DNA of 64,000 nucleotides from Octopus sinensis (taxonomy: Eukaryota): assembly GCF_006345805.1 (NCBI RefSeq), contig NC_042998.1:39866001-39930000 (forward strand). The letters are read 5' to 3'. Every line of letters starts with the position of its first letter. Within the stretch, counting starts at the first letter, position 1. The notes beneath the pieces were generated by a model. It was given only the letters and a program-made list of their open reading frames with translations, was not told the origin of the DNA and searched no databases. Made by a program: the position numbers and the translations under genes. Shown here piece after piece: positions 49,590 to 62,570 of the stretch.

Positions 49590-49890
49590 ACATTCGAGTG
49601 AGGTCATGGCTAGTGCTGCTGGACTGGCTCCTGTGCAGGTGGCACATAAAAAACACTTGAGCGTGGCCGTTGCCAGTACCTCCTGACTAGCCCTCATGCC
49701 GGTGGCACGTAAAAGCACCCACTACACTCTTGGAGTGGTTGACGTTAGGAAGGGCATCCAGCTGTAGAAACTCTGCCATTTCAAGATTGGAGCCTGGTGC
49801 AGCCATCTGGTTCGCCAGTGCTCAGTCAAATCGTCCAACCCATGCTAGCATGGAAAGCGGGCATCAAATGATGATGATGACGATGATGAG
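49590..49890 (+). mobile_element. RTE 3'-end copy ending in (GAT)n
   Basis: aaaagcacccactacactcttggagtgg...cccatgctagcatggaaagcgg...atgatgatg. Confidence 0.8.
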
Positions 49891-50527
49891 AAAGAAAGAC
49901 AAAATCAACCACTGAGCATGTGAACTCAGAATGTAAAGCTGGAAGAAATGCCACTAAACATTTTGTCAGAGATGCTAACGATTCTGCCAGCTTGCCACCT
50001 TATTAGCAGTTTATGAAATTAAACTTATTACAAATTATCTAATTACCATTTTAGTCTATGTTATTTCTTTTCAGATTCAGCATTACCGAATTTTTACTGT
50101 GGATTTAAGCACCTTAAATAGAAATAAAACTGTGGAAGAGGATATTTTTCTATCATTTTTTTTTATACAAAAAGCATTGAATGCAATAAATATTTATTAA
50201 ATATTTTTCTTTTTTTTATTTGATATTCTTTCTCTTTCCCCAACTTATCAACTTCCAAAGAAATTCACACACCAGTTAAAATGTGTTGATTTTTGAGATG
50301 ACTAACATCTCTCAGTTGTAATGCCTTTTTACCCTACAAGCTTCATATGCAATTGGGAAAGCATGAGGAGAATGATAAGAGTTTATATGCCAGCAGTATG
50401 GCACAACCAAATTCAAAGACCAACCCAATCTTCAGCAACACAACAATGCTAATAACAATAGTTAAAAATGTTACATTTCTGATAAACTGATGTGTCAAAT
50501 TGGCCAAAAGTGTCATAGTTAGCAAAT

Positions 50528-50779
50528 TTATTCATAACTTGCAATAAGGACCATCATATAAACCCCCAATATTAGAGCAACTATTTCTTTAATAGACTGG
50601 CGGAAACTGGATTCTATAAGAAGTTCTGGAATAACAGAGACAGTGGCAATATAAATAAATCCTCCAGCAGTGAAAGGGAGCACCCAAGCTGTAGCTGTAA
50701 TTCCTGTGCTTCCTGCTACTAAACTGCATATTGTTCCCATCATGGCACCAAGTGCTGTTGATAGTTGAAGCAGCATTGC
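50528..50779 (-). CDS. SLC39A7: Zinc transporter ZIP7 (SLC39A7/Catsup), exon 3 (terminal)
   Basis: Acceptor ctccacag|GCA ATG, phase 0. [12 protein letters not shown]...[23 protein letters not shown]...MMVLIASYE*. Confidence 0.93.
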   Translation of the reverse strand, partial: AMLLQLSTALGAMMGTICSLVAGSTGITATAWVLPFTAGGFIYIATVSVIPELLIESSFRQSIKEIVALILGVYMMVLIASYE

Positions 50780-52403
50780 CTGTGGAGTACAAATAAAAGA
50801 AAAGGCATATATTAATTAACAGACTAAACATTTGTATATTTCGGAAATAAATATAAAATAGATTATTACTAAGAGATTTAACCATAAAAATTATATTCCT
50901 TTCTTTATCCTTTTTCATGGGGGTTAGATGAATCTGAAAGTCTGAACAATTACAGGAAGTCTATGACTGGAATTCCTTCTTCACACAAACCATTAAAAAC
51001 TTAAATGAAATAGATCAAAGTACATTTTGGAAGCATACTACACACAAGCAGGATTTGAAACCTCCACAAACTATTTTGCTGCTTGAAGAAACAATGCTTT
51101 GCCTTGGGCTTTCAATTCACAGAGGCATCATCATGAACTACAGCATCTTTGGGACATTTTTAGACATGGCAGAGCCTATCCCTCTCCAGGCTTGACTAGA
51201 ACATGACTGGTAATTTATTTCTCAATCTTGAAAAATATGAAAGGCTAAGTTGACTTCAGTAAGTTTTGTTTAAATTCAGAGTGTAGTGAGCCAGAACAAA
51301 TATCATAAAATAATCTGACACTCAAATACCTCTGCCAACTGACTGCCTTGACAGGAAGGGTAAGAGTAACAAAATGCTCCAATTTATCATATCAACAATA
51401 TAAATTAGGAACCTGCCCCAAATATTAAAGGCAATTTACAAATTGTTTCTTTCCTTATTATTCCCCACAATCACTAAAAAGTCTAACAGTGTATGCCACT
51501 TTTCAAGGTATTAAGCAGTTGAAAGTCCCTGCCCCCACCCACTCTGGAGAACAGAGAGAGAGAGAGATTACTAATATTCCAAACATTTTCCTCTGAATCC
51601 AATACTGTGGATTATCAAAAGCTTAACAAATACGTAATAGTTGAATGTATTATCAAACTACTTCACTTAGTTTCATTCGCCACCATTATATTTCTTCAGC
51701 GGATTATTCACAGGAACAGGACTTTACATCTGTTTTTATGCAATGCACTCTTAGCATAATTAAAATTGGAAAATGAGTTAAGACATGAACACAATCTGTT
51801 CCAACCCATATTGTCTCTGTAACTACATGTCTGGCCTTCTACAATTAACTAAATACATTAGCTAATTACCAGAACACTATATCAGCATCCAAAAATCACT
51901 ATTTTTTCCATTTAATCTAGACAAACACAAGATAGTTGCAAAACTCTGTGCAATGATTATCAATGGGATCAAGCTATCTGACAATAACACTATTCCCTTT
52001 AGTTTTTGCCTTACTGTTGCCATTTTCAGTAGTTTTGATCATTAATGAAGAGATTAGACAGCAAATTAAACACAGCACACTAATTCTTACACTTCATTTA
52101 ACACTATTAACAACTGCAAAACAGAAACTATAGTGTCTGATCTGATATGAAACTATTAAAGCATTTATGTTTACAGGTTTTGTACTTGTAGAATTCACTC
52201 TGAAACAAAAATTTAATCATTGATAATATATAGATTTTGTTGCAATTTTATTTATTTAAAATTTTATTTTTCCTTTTATGAATAAGAAATTTACTACACC
52301 ATCAAATATTTATATAATTTTGTACATTTTGTATATTTTTTTAAACTGAAGCTAATTTAAGAGAACAAAAATTACTGGAAAATTATTTTGAAAATTAACT
52401 TAC

Positions 52404-52636
52404 TCTTTTCTTGGTGCAACCAGATTTCACAAGAATAGCAAAATCTCCAATTTCATGAGGAATTTCATGCAGGAAGATAGTGATGGTTGTTACAATTCCA
52501 ACATTACGGCCAACAAGGAAAGAAGCACCAATGGCCAACCCATCAGTGAAATTATGAGCAAAATCTGCGGCAAGATTCAAGTAACCAGATACAGCAATTT
52601 CGTTTTGGACTTGTGAGTCTGTTTCTTTAGATGATG
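52404..52636 (-). CDS. SLC39A7: Zinc transporter ZIP7, exon 2
   Basis: Acceptor tttacttcag|, donor |gtaagt, phase 1-0. Contains [24 protein letters not shown] and the LIV-1 family motif [13 protein letters not shown]. Confidence 0.95.
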
Positions 52637-55600
52637 CTGAAGTAAACAATAAACCAGTTTTTATTCACTTTATACAGAGGTAACAAATAATAATTCAATT
52701 ATTATTGTTTGTCTATATCACCTAAACGAGTTACATTCACTCTATATAGAAGTAATGACTAATAAACAACAAAATTACTATTTAATTACCTGCCACATAA
52801 AATGATGGTGGGGGGGGGGCTAATGCAGTTTTGCACCTCTCCTTGAAAAATGCATTTAAAAAATAAATTTTTTTCGGATTCCTATGTTTTTTGATGTCAG
52901 AGATTACGAATATGCAAAATTTAAAATTTTGAACTTTTTTGAAAATTTGTTTTTTCCTATATTTTAGATGACGGAGATTCCGAATATGCAAGAAACCACA
53001 TTTTCAAAATCTTAAATTCAATAAGCATACGAATATCTTCCTGGGGCTAAAAACAACAGTAATACCATTTTCTATAGGACCACCACATTTAGATGACAAA
53101 TATATTTTATGAATAAACAGATAGGGATAAATAAATAGACAGACAAATAAATAAATGGATGAAAAAGTTCAAAATTTAAAATTGGGGAAGTGGGTGAAAT
53201 TTGAGCCCCTTCTATATAACATTAATTATTAAACATTACTGTTTGTTTCTCATAAAATGGTGTATATTTAATTTACATTAAATTATTATTTATGATTATT
53301 TAAGGCAAATACAAGTAAAACGCAAATTCTTTTCACTTTAATGTTTTTGTCTATATCTAATTTCAATTTGATTAAGTTCATCAATTCACTACAATCTCCT
53401 TAAAGTAAATAAAATCAAAAATTTTAATTGGGGTGGGGGTGTTGGGGGAAAGGAGGTGAGATTGAAAAATTTTATTTTGCATATTCATAATCTTCAACAT
53501 CTAAAACGTAGCAATGTAATTAGAGCTGTTTACTATACAGAATTATATCATTCTACATAAAAAGTTTAAAATGAAATATTATTGCAAATCATAGTGTGTT
53601 GTATAAAAGGATTTAGTGTACTGAAAAGATCACTTAATTATCAATCTGCTTCAAAAAGTTCTAATTCTTTTCTGTAATTAATAGCTTCAATGCTACCAAC
53701 CTCTGTAGATGACCTCTTTAGCAGTATGACATTGGTAGCCTTACAACTAGGTACTTCTTGAAACTGCATATCATTTCTCATGAATTGTATACTGAATTGG
53801 ATTTCTATTTTTATCCTAACTACCATAAATACCAAGTATATATTTAACTAGTTCTGCTATAAAATTTAAGTGCATTACTCTATATTGGCTACTACAATTT
53901 CTATGCTTGTAAAATGTGAAAAATAATTCTGTTGCTTAAGAAACAAACATAGACACCATCATTATCAATTTGTGTTCATTTTCCCATGCAACATTGGTTG
54001 GACAGGTTTTCTGAGGCAGTGCTTTTATGGTCAGATGCCTAACACACAAACCAGGATACACAGTCACCATCATCGTCATATTATGTCCATTTTCCATGCT
54101 GACATGGGTCAGATGCAGAATCTGAGGAATCGCAGGGTTGCATGGTCCACAGGGCTGCATCATGCTCCATGTCAGCTTTGTCATGGGTTCTACAGTTGGA
54201 TACCCTTCCTAACATCAACTACTTTGCAGTGCACTGAGTGCTTTTTTCATGCCACTGTCATTAGTGAGATTGCCAAGTAATTTGTAAGGTAAGAAAGAAC
54301 AAGAAAAGCATGCTTAAAAAATGGTCATAAACAAAAATGGACTGTTCCATTCATTAAATGCATTTAGAAAAGAAATTTTAATAAAATTTCCTCTTTATCC
54401 TGTAATTCCATAGGATATGGGGCAAAGTTAGTAACCGGTGTAAAATGACTAACTTCTGCTCATTTTCTTCTAACTGTTTGGAATCATTGGTAGCCTTGTA
54501 TTGTACCACCATTGTGTACTGTAACATCATCGTTGGGAGTAAAATTTGGTCAGCATAGTTGTTGATGTTGAAGTTGAGAGAGTTTGGAACATAGGTAGCA
54601 GATACTTTTTATTCAATAAAACTTTCTCCTCAACTTTGACCCAGTTGTAATTGAGGTTTCTAATAAAAAATCTGGATAAGTTTTGGTGTTTAACAATCAA
54701 TATTCTTTTCTCTGTTGGATTCCAAGAGAAATGTTTAGCTTTCATGAGATCATGTATCTGTTTAGCCGTAATCTCGCAGATCTGTTATCAAAAACATCCT
54801 AGCCGTGACCATCCGGCTCTTTATATATCTAGGATTACATTGTCCTGAGTCCTTAAGATAATAGTGTAATTTAAGTGAATTTTAATCGCTGCGTTTCAAA
54901 ATTAGACTCCCCATAACTCAGAAAAGAAGTTTAGTCCCATTTTTTTTTAGTATTCTTGTTTGATACAACGGAAATAACAATTCTGAAAACAATTTGTTCT
55001 TTTCAAATATGTCAATTTTTTTTTTTTACATATTTGCCCACCCACTTCCGTAACCTTTTCCTTTCCCATGGAGTGTGGGGTGCTTTGAGACGAAACTCCG
55101 TCGAGGCTCTGTTTCTCCGATCAATTATAGCTATATCAACAGGTGTCTTTTTTTTTTCCTTTTTTTGTAATTGAACTAACAATACAAATAAAAAAGTAAT
55201 ATAGGCTATCGTATGTTTATATTGACACTGGTTAACTTGAAATGAATACAGAAACTACTAAATAATAAACAGCAATGAATTGCCGTACAGTACGGAATAG
55301 TAACAATGTTTTTCACTAGAAAATATAAGATTAAGAAGGAAATTATTCATTTTATCAATAGTACCTGTAAGTAGACGTTGTGTTGACAAGAAATGTTTAA
55401 ACGAGATCAAATAAAGCAATTTTAGTATAGTTATACAAAATATAATTTTATCCGACCATTTGAAATACTAAAAAATTATTTTATTCGTTTGTTTGAGTCA
55501 AATGTTTTTATTAACCTTTGTAAATAAGAGCCTTGTAGGTAATATCAAAGGATCCAAGGGGTTAATTAATCTAACTAGCAAAATTAGTATCTATTAACTG

Positions 55601-56534
55601 TTCACGCATTTGCAAGAGACAGGAAGCTACCTGCCTAGTAATCAACATAACTTTACTCACTACTCAATCATTTCAAAATTCTTTCATGCCTATCAAATAG
55701 GTTTAGTAACAAGTTGGTGAGGAAGAAATGTTATTTTTATTTTATATTGTTTTCTCTTTATAGTCTTCAGTAGTTAATTTAACATATTTTAGGATCAAAT
55801 ATTGCACAATTACTAATAGAGAGCCGAACTTCTGGTATAAGTATTATGAGGGAAAGAATAAAAATAAACAATTAGAAGTATATCTTTTCCTTTTTATCGT
55901 AAGACTCAGCAAATGTTACACACGAAAATAGTTATTCCCTCGAAAAAAATCAGATTTATACACAAAGTAAACGATAATTTCATTTTACGTCAAAACATGT
56001 GCTAAAATCTTTCTATGATTAAACAAACCTTAGAATCTAGTTAGTTAAAAAATATATATTTTGCTGTAACTGATACTACTCATAAATTGAGGTTTATAGG
56101 GATTAGCGACAATAAATAAAAAAATTGTGAGAAATTTCTCAGGAATAGTAAAAAAACAACAGTTCGTCACTAGATTCACACGTCAGTCGTTATAAAACGA
56201 AAAGTATCTTAATTTTTGTGTTACAAATAATTTCTATTTTTATTATTTTCGTAATTTTACTTCCTAAAATAACTTCAAAATAAGCAATAGCGGAAAATCA
56301 AATTTTTCCCCATTTTTATACTATTTACATATGTAAACTGGGTCCTTTTTCAGATACAGACATGCCTTGTTGAAAGTTTAAAAGAAATAACTATAAAAAT
56401 TACATTAATTCTGTACTTTCCAATAATATCTAGCGGACATTAAAGAGAGATACCCTAACTTATGTTGAAATTTGATCTTAATTATTTGACCGAAAAATAC
56501 TACATAAGAAAAAAAATAACAAATATACACTTAC

Positions 56535-57372
56535 AATTCTCTTCCTTTTCTTTTTTGTCATCTCCTTCATCATCAGATGTCTTCTCTTTCTTTTTTTCTT
56601 GGCTGTGAGAATGGCTATGAGAATGGCTATGTGATCCTTTCAGATGACGAACTACTTTCTCAACAGTGAGGAAGACTATAATCCCAGTCAGAACCCACAG
56701 ACCGATGGACAAATCATGACTGTGGCCTCCACCACCGTGTGAGTGACCATGATGATGATCATGACCACCATCTGAATCATCAGAATTCTGGGAACCAGAA
56801 TGTGGAATTAGATGTAAAAATGCATCACCTAAAAGACCTCCAGATGCAAAACTAAGAAGTATTTTAAGAAAAGGTAAATTATCCTCGGTATTTTCTAAAG
56901 GAATGAAAAACAGGATAACCACTGGAGCCGCACTGATGATAAGAGTAGCCCCAATAGCCTGGAGCCAGAGTACTGGTCCCATAACTTTAGGTTGGTGGGT
57001 ATGTTTGCTGTCTTCAGAACCGCTGTGATGAGAGTGACCATGATGAGAGTGAGCGTGACCGTCGTGAGAGTGATCGTGGTGAGCGTGACCGTCGTGAGAG
57101 TGATCGTGGTGAGCGGGCTCTGAATGAGGAACTTCGTTAGCTTCCCGACTATACCTAAAGTTTGCAGTTTCAGAGCCTGAAGGGTCTTCGTGTGCATGGC
57201 CATGATGTGCATGTCCGTGTCCGTGATGTGCATGACCGTGGCCGTGATGTACATGACCGTGGCCGTGATGTGCATGACCGTGGTCATGATGTGCATGACC
57301 ATGTTCGAAGTGGTCTTCGTGACACTGTCCAAAACTGATCACTAAACATAAAATCACCACTGTATAAATCAT
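56535..57372 (-). CDS. SLC39A7: Zinc transporter ZIP7, exon 1 (signal peptide, His-rich ectodomain, TM1-3); alternative upstream ATG at 57501
   Basis: Signal [17 protein letters not shown], His-rich repeats, [20 protein letters not shown] and [20 protein letters not shown]; donor |gtaagt at 56534. Spliced CDS is 838+233+252 = 1323 nt (440 aa). Confidence 0.93.
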
Positions 57373-57985
57373 ATTAAGCGGTATAGATCTACAGTGACTA
57401 AAATAAATACTTGTTGAATTTTTTCTGTGCCTTTTAAAATTGCGGGAGTAGTTACAGCTGGAGAACACGTTTAAGTGACTAGGGTTACTCTCAGTGCCCA
57501 TCTGTACTGTTGTAATATTTCCTCCAAACCTCCACTATGTGACAGTTATGCAGACGTGGCTTTTCTAATGACGCTCTCTATGCTATACGTGATTATTTCC
57601 CTTTAATCTGGATTTTTTGGTTCCATTATTTTCCTTGTATTGTTCACATAAGTTAACTTTCATATTAAAAAATACATATTTTGTAAGGAGAGTTTATACT
57701 TTTATAATAAACTATAATTGAACGAAAAAATAAAATTTATTCACTGTGTTCCTCGATTTTAATACGTTTTAATACGTATATTTAGACTATAAGATTGATT
57801 CTATCACTGATGACAAGATTTTAAAATCTCTAGAACAATAAAAATTATTCAGTTTGAGAAAACAGGAAGTCAAATCTCAAATTTAAAAATTAAGATGAAT
57901 GGTTACAACTTCATTCAGTCTGGTTGCATCAGATATCCAGGTGTATACTAAGAGAACAGATTACAGAGTAAGGATTCCAAGACAA

Positions 57986-58110
57986 CCCTCCATACACACA
58001 CAAGCATGTTCACTTTCCAGACATTTCTACATTACTGCATGTACTTTATATGCACTTTCTGACAAGTTGTGGTGCACCTGAGCACTGTATACAATAATTT
58101 CATTATTATA
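57986..58110 (+). mobile_element. Short 3'-end copy of the CR1 element
   Basis: gacaagttgtggtgcacctgagcactgtatacaataatttcattatta is the reverse complement of 16336-16385. Confidence 0.85.
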
Positions 58111-58437
58111 GAAATATAAAGATATATTTGTCAAAGCATGCTACTATGAAATTTTTACTGATCCTTATTTTCCATTCACTAAACTATTGGCTGATAAATA
58201 TAAATACAACCCATAAATAATTACGTAGAGAAAATATTTAGGTTCCAAAAATAAGTGAACCACCACACCAAGTAACTTTTAAAATAAGCAAAACAATTCT
58301 CTAAATAAATTACATTTTTATTCCAAGTTTACTAAAAAGAAGTTTTTCAGTAAAGAAAATTCTATGTGGCTTCAATAACTATTTCATAGCCACAAATAAC
58401 ATTCAATGAAAGCAATAAAAATTCCTTGTTATGCCTT

Positions 58438-58469
<32 letters not shown>

Positions 58470-59871
58470 ATGCTTTACAATTCCAGTGAAAGTACAGTCT
58501 TTTCATAAAAGGACAATCTTTCATAGAAATTCTTTACTGGTATATTTTAATTTAATTTAATTCCCTCTCTAAGTTCAAAACTGGGAGACATATATAAATA
58601 TTATATTGATTCCAATTGATTCAACATCCAGATGTTCTACAACTTTATATAGATTATGTGTCACCTACTACTACTACCACCACCATCACCACCAATTTTT
58701 GCTTCAGTCAGTAAAATGAATGCCTCATCTCCCCTCTCCTGCACAAAGAATCTTAAATACCTGTAAATTATTTTACACTCACTGAAATGACTACACTTAG
58801 GTCAGCTAAAACTTTCCCCATTCATTTATAGTTTATGTTAACTGTCTATTACTCTTTATTTTTATATTCTTTTACTGGTTTCAGTCATAGAACCGAGACC
58901 ATGTTGGGGACTGCCCTCTAGAATTTAGTCAGTATCAACTCCATTATTTAAATGAGTTTGGTTCTTATTTTATCTATCTTTGTTTTTTAAGATGCTAAGT
59001 CACAGAACATATAGGGATACAACATAAATAATATGGATTCAAGGTTGTTGTCAGTGTAATCACAGACATAGGCATGCATGCACACACACACACACACACA
59101 CACACATTACATAGGCTTTTCAGCTCTCTCATCTTTATCCTCTCTGCGACTAGTACCTTGATAAAATGTACCTGGTGCATTCTGCAAAGTGTAGGGTTGA
59201 GAGGACTCTTTAGTCTCATCAAAGTCACAGCCACCTCCCTAGTGCTGGTGCCATGAAAAAATATACTCAATGCACTCTGTAAAGTAGTTGACCTTAAGAA
59301 AGGCAGCTAGCAGTAGAAACCAAACCAAAATTAAAATTTATAAGTGAGATATGGTTCCTTCAATTATCTAGAAGAGGAGAAATGCCCCATCCAACACATG
59401 TCAGCATGGAAAGTAGACATAAAAGTAATGCTACTGCTGATATATTAGTATAGTTTGTATGAAGCGTTGTCGGGTATACATAAATGCTTTGAATTTTTGT
59501 TTTAAACTAAAACAATGTAATGTAATTCAATATTGAATTAGAGGTAAAAGTACAAACTATCAACTTGGTGTGGCTGTGTGGTAAGAAGTTTGCTTCACAA
59601 CCATATGGTTCCAGGTTCACTCCTACTACGTGGTACCTTGGGTAGGTATCTTCTACTAAAGCCTTGGGAGCAGATTTGGGAAATTTAAACTAAAAGAAAC
59701 CCATGATGTGTGTGTGTGTGTGTGTGCATTTTTGTATTTGTCCCATACCACCATTTGACAACTGGTGTTGGTGTGTTTAATACCCCATAGCTTAGTGGTT
59801 TGCCAAAAGAAATTGATAGAACAAGTACCATGCTTAAAAAAAGTACTGGGGTCAGTTCATTCAAATAAAAA

Positions 59872-60150
59872 TTTTGGCTGATATACCCTCCAGCCTTCAT
59901 CAGGTGTCTTGGGGAAATTTTGAACCTGGGTTCTCATTCCTAAGGTATTTTTTGATGTTGTTGTTATTATTATCATTATTATTAAAATACCTAAGGAATG
60001 AGAACCAAGGTTCAAAATCTCCCCAAGACACCTGATGAAGGCTGGAGGGCAGCCAAAACGTTGTGTTAACAACAAACAAGATGCGGACAAATATCCATCA
60101 AATATAAATAATGTAAATAATGTACATAAATCTTCATCTTTTAAATATAG
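59872..60150. mobile_element. Palindromic Penelope-type pseudo-LTR pair with minimal hammerhead motifs (locus 1)
   Basis: Inverted arms around a (TTA)n centre. The right arm reads GACAC-CTGATGA-A-GGCTG-gaggg-CAGCC-AAAA-C-GTT-GTGTT at 60027-60067. Confidence 0.7.
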
Positions 60151-61189
60151 TATGGATAGTTTGACAAGGAGCTGGCTGGCTGGCTGGGAGCTGTCCAGAC
60201 TCCAACTGTCTGTTGTGGCGTGATTTCTATGGCTGGATACCCTTCCTATTGCCAACTACTTAACAGAGTGTGCTGGGTGCTTTTTACATGCCACCAGCAT
60301 AGGTACATTTATATAGCACTGACACAGGTGGCACTGGTACTTGAAAGAACAAGCCTGTGTGTGTGGAGGCCCAGCATGGTCATAGCCTAATGATTGAAAC
60401 AAGTTAAAGAAAACAAAAGTAATGTGTGTGTGTGTGTATCATCCCATTTTAACATCCACTTTTCTATGCTTGTTTGGATTGGACAGACTTTCTACAGCCC
60501 TTCCTGTCACCAAACCTCACCTGTTTTCAAGGAAAGTAATATTTCCCCATGGCTGAACATGTTTTTATGAAAGATTGGAAATTTGAAATGCTTGTATGAT
60601 GGTGATACTTGCTTACAGCTATCATGTGATATGAGAACAAGGAGACACACAAACACACTCGTATATATATACACATCACCATAATTTAATGTCCACTTTT
60701 CCTTGCTTGCATGGGTGAGACAAAATTTGTTCAAGCAGATTTTCTATGGCCAGATACTATTCCTGTCACCAAGATATACACACAATGAGCTTCTTATAGT
60801 TTCCCTTCACAAAATCCACTAACAAGGCTTTGGTTGGCCCACGACTATAGTAGAAGACACTTACCCAGTGGAACTGAACCTGAAACTATATGGATAGGAA
60901 GCAAACTAATTAACCATACACACACACACACATGTTCATGTGTCTATGTATACAGCAGGCTCCCACAGTATTCATTTACCAAATTCCACTCATAACATAG
61001 TGATTTAGCTGAAGCCATAGGATAAGGTGCCAAACCATCAGATTGAAGCCAAAACTACATAACTGCAAAACAAACTTCTTAACTACATCAAATCTGTTTT
61101 TCTTTTATATTCTTCAATGTATTTATTATATATGAAACTATGTAAACTACATCAGTGAGTAAATAAACAATTGTCTAGACTTATATCGA

Positions 61190-61520
61190 AGAGTGTGCTG
61201 GGTGCTTTTTACATGCCACCAGCACAGGTACATTTATGCAGCACTGGTACTTCAAAGAACAAGCCTGTATGTGTGGAGGCCAGTAATTTTACTTAGCTTG
61301 ATGTGTCTTATCAAGTACAGAAAATTGCCATAACTCCTGGTCCCTCATCATTTCCTCAGTGAAGCCCAGCATCTGAAGATACTTTTTCGCCACTCTGTTC
61401 CACATCTTCCTAGTCTACCCTTTCCACAGGCGCTTCTTTATGTAGCTCTCCGCATCCATATGTATCACATGACCAAACCACTACAGTATTCTCTCTTGCA
61501 CACATCTGATGTCTCTTATT
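61190..61520 (-). mobile_element. Diverged RTE 3' coding/UTR fragment
   Basis: Minus VQERIL.WFGHVIHMD remnant plus the family UTR; its first ~95 bp are duplicated at 60264-60370. Confidence 0.6.
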
Positions 61521-61687
61521 TATTTTTAGAATGACATTGTAGGGTAGGTGTGAAAGGCTGGATTGGGTTAACTTGAACATAAAATAGGTAGGATATTTTG
61601 GCTGAATATAGTTGGCCTAAATGCTAAAGGGTTAAGGAAACTACACAGATTTGTGAAAAAAAATCAATTTGAAAATATTATTCGCTA

Positions 61688-62020
61688 ACATTATTTACAT
61701 TATTTATATTTGACGGATATTTGTCCTCATCTCGTTTGTTGTTAACACGTTTTGGCTTATATACCCTCCAGCCTTCATCAGGTGTCTTGGGGGGAATTTT
61801 GAACCTGGGTTCTCATTCCTAAGATATTTTTTGATGTTGTTGTTATTATTATTATTATACCTTAGGAATGAGAACCCAGGTTCAAAATTTTCCCAAGACA
61901 CCTCATGAAGGCTGGAGAGCATATCAGCCAAAACGTTGTGTTAACAACAAACAAGATGAGGACAAATATCCGTCAAATATAAATAATGTAAACAATTCCT
62001 CATCTCTTAAATATAGAACT
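61688..62020. mobile_element. Palindromic Penelope-type pseudo-LTR pair with minimal hammerhead motifs (locus 2)
   Basis: Inverted arms of ~140 bp (acattatttatatttgacggatatttgtcctcatc...cctaag / cttagg...gatgaggacaaatatccgtcaaatataaataatgt), each with a hammerhead-like motif. Confidence 0.75.
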
Positions 62021-62454
62021 GTATAATTCATTAAATCATTATAATTCAACCAGATAATTTAGAAAGATAACCACTATATCAGCCTGATACAAATTAAAAT
62101 ATGAATTCATGTACACTCTGTAAAGGGCTGTGAAAGCCGGTGCTCCTTTGGCAGGTGATCTACAAGGAAGATTGCTTTAGGTAACTTTCAAAATTATTTT
62201 GTACATACTTAGCATTGTAAATGTATTTTTTCAAAATTCTTACTATTTTAATAATAAGAAAACTATATAATTATTAGAAAAATATCATACAAAAACACAA
62301 GTGGTTTCCCAACAAGTCACAACTGCTACTCTGTTTTGTGATTTTTGTTTGTAACCATTTCATATCCTCTATAGTGTTAATGGGTTGGCAACTAAGTTCC
62401 TGTCGTTTTTTTAAATTTAAATTTTTTAATAGGTTTAATAAAAAATAACAACTA

Positions 62455-62570
62455 ATTAATCAATAATGTATTCACCCTTGTTGTTCACAATTTCTTCCCA
62501 AAGTTCCACAAGATTTTCAATACCTCATTGGTAGAAATCACCCGATTTCAACTCGAAAAATTGAATGCAA
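62455..62570 (-). mobile_element. Mariner transposase C-terminal relic
   Basis: Minus FFELKSGDFYQ*GIENLVELWEEIVNNKGEYIID resembles the mariner C-terminus. Confidence 0.65.

Noticed and set aside
56895-57332. 145-aa Met/Thr/Ile-rich ORF overlapping ZIP7
   Set aside because: Alternate-frame read of the His-repeat region.
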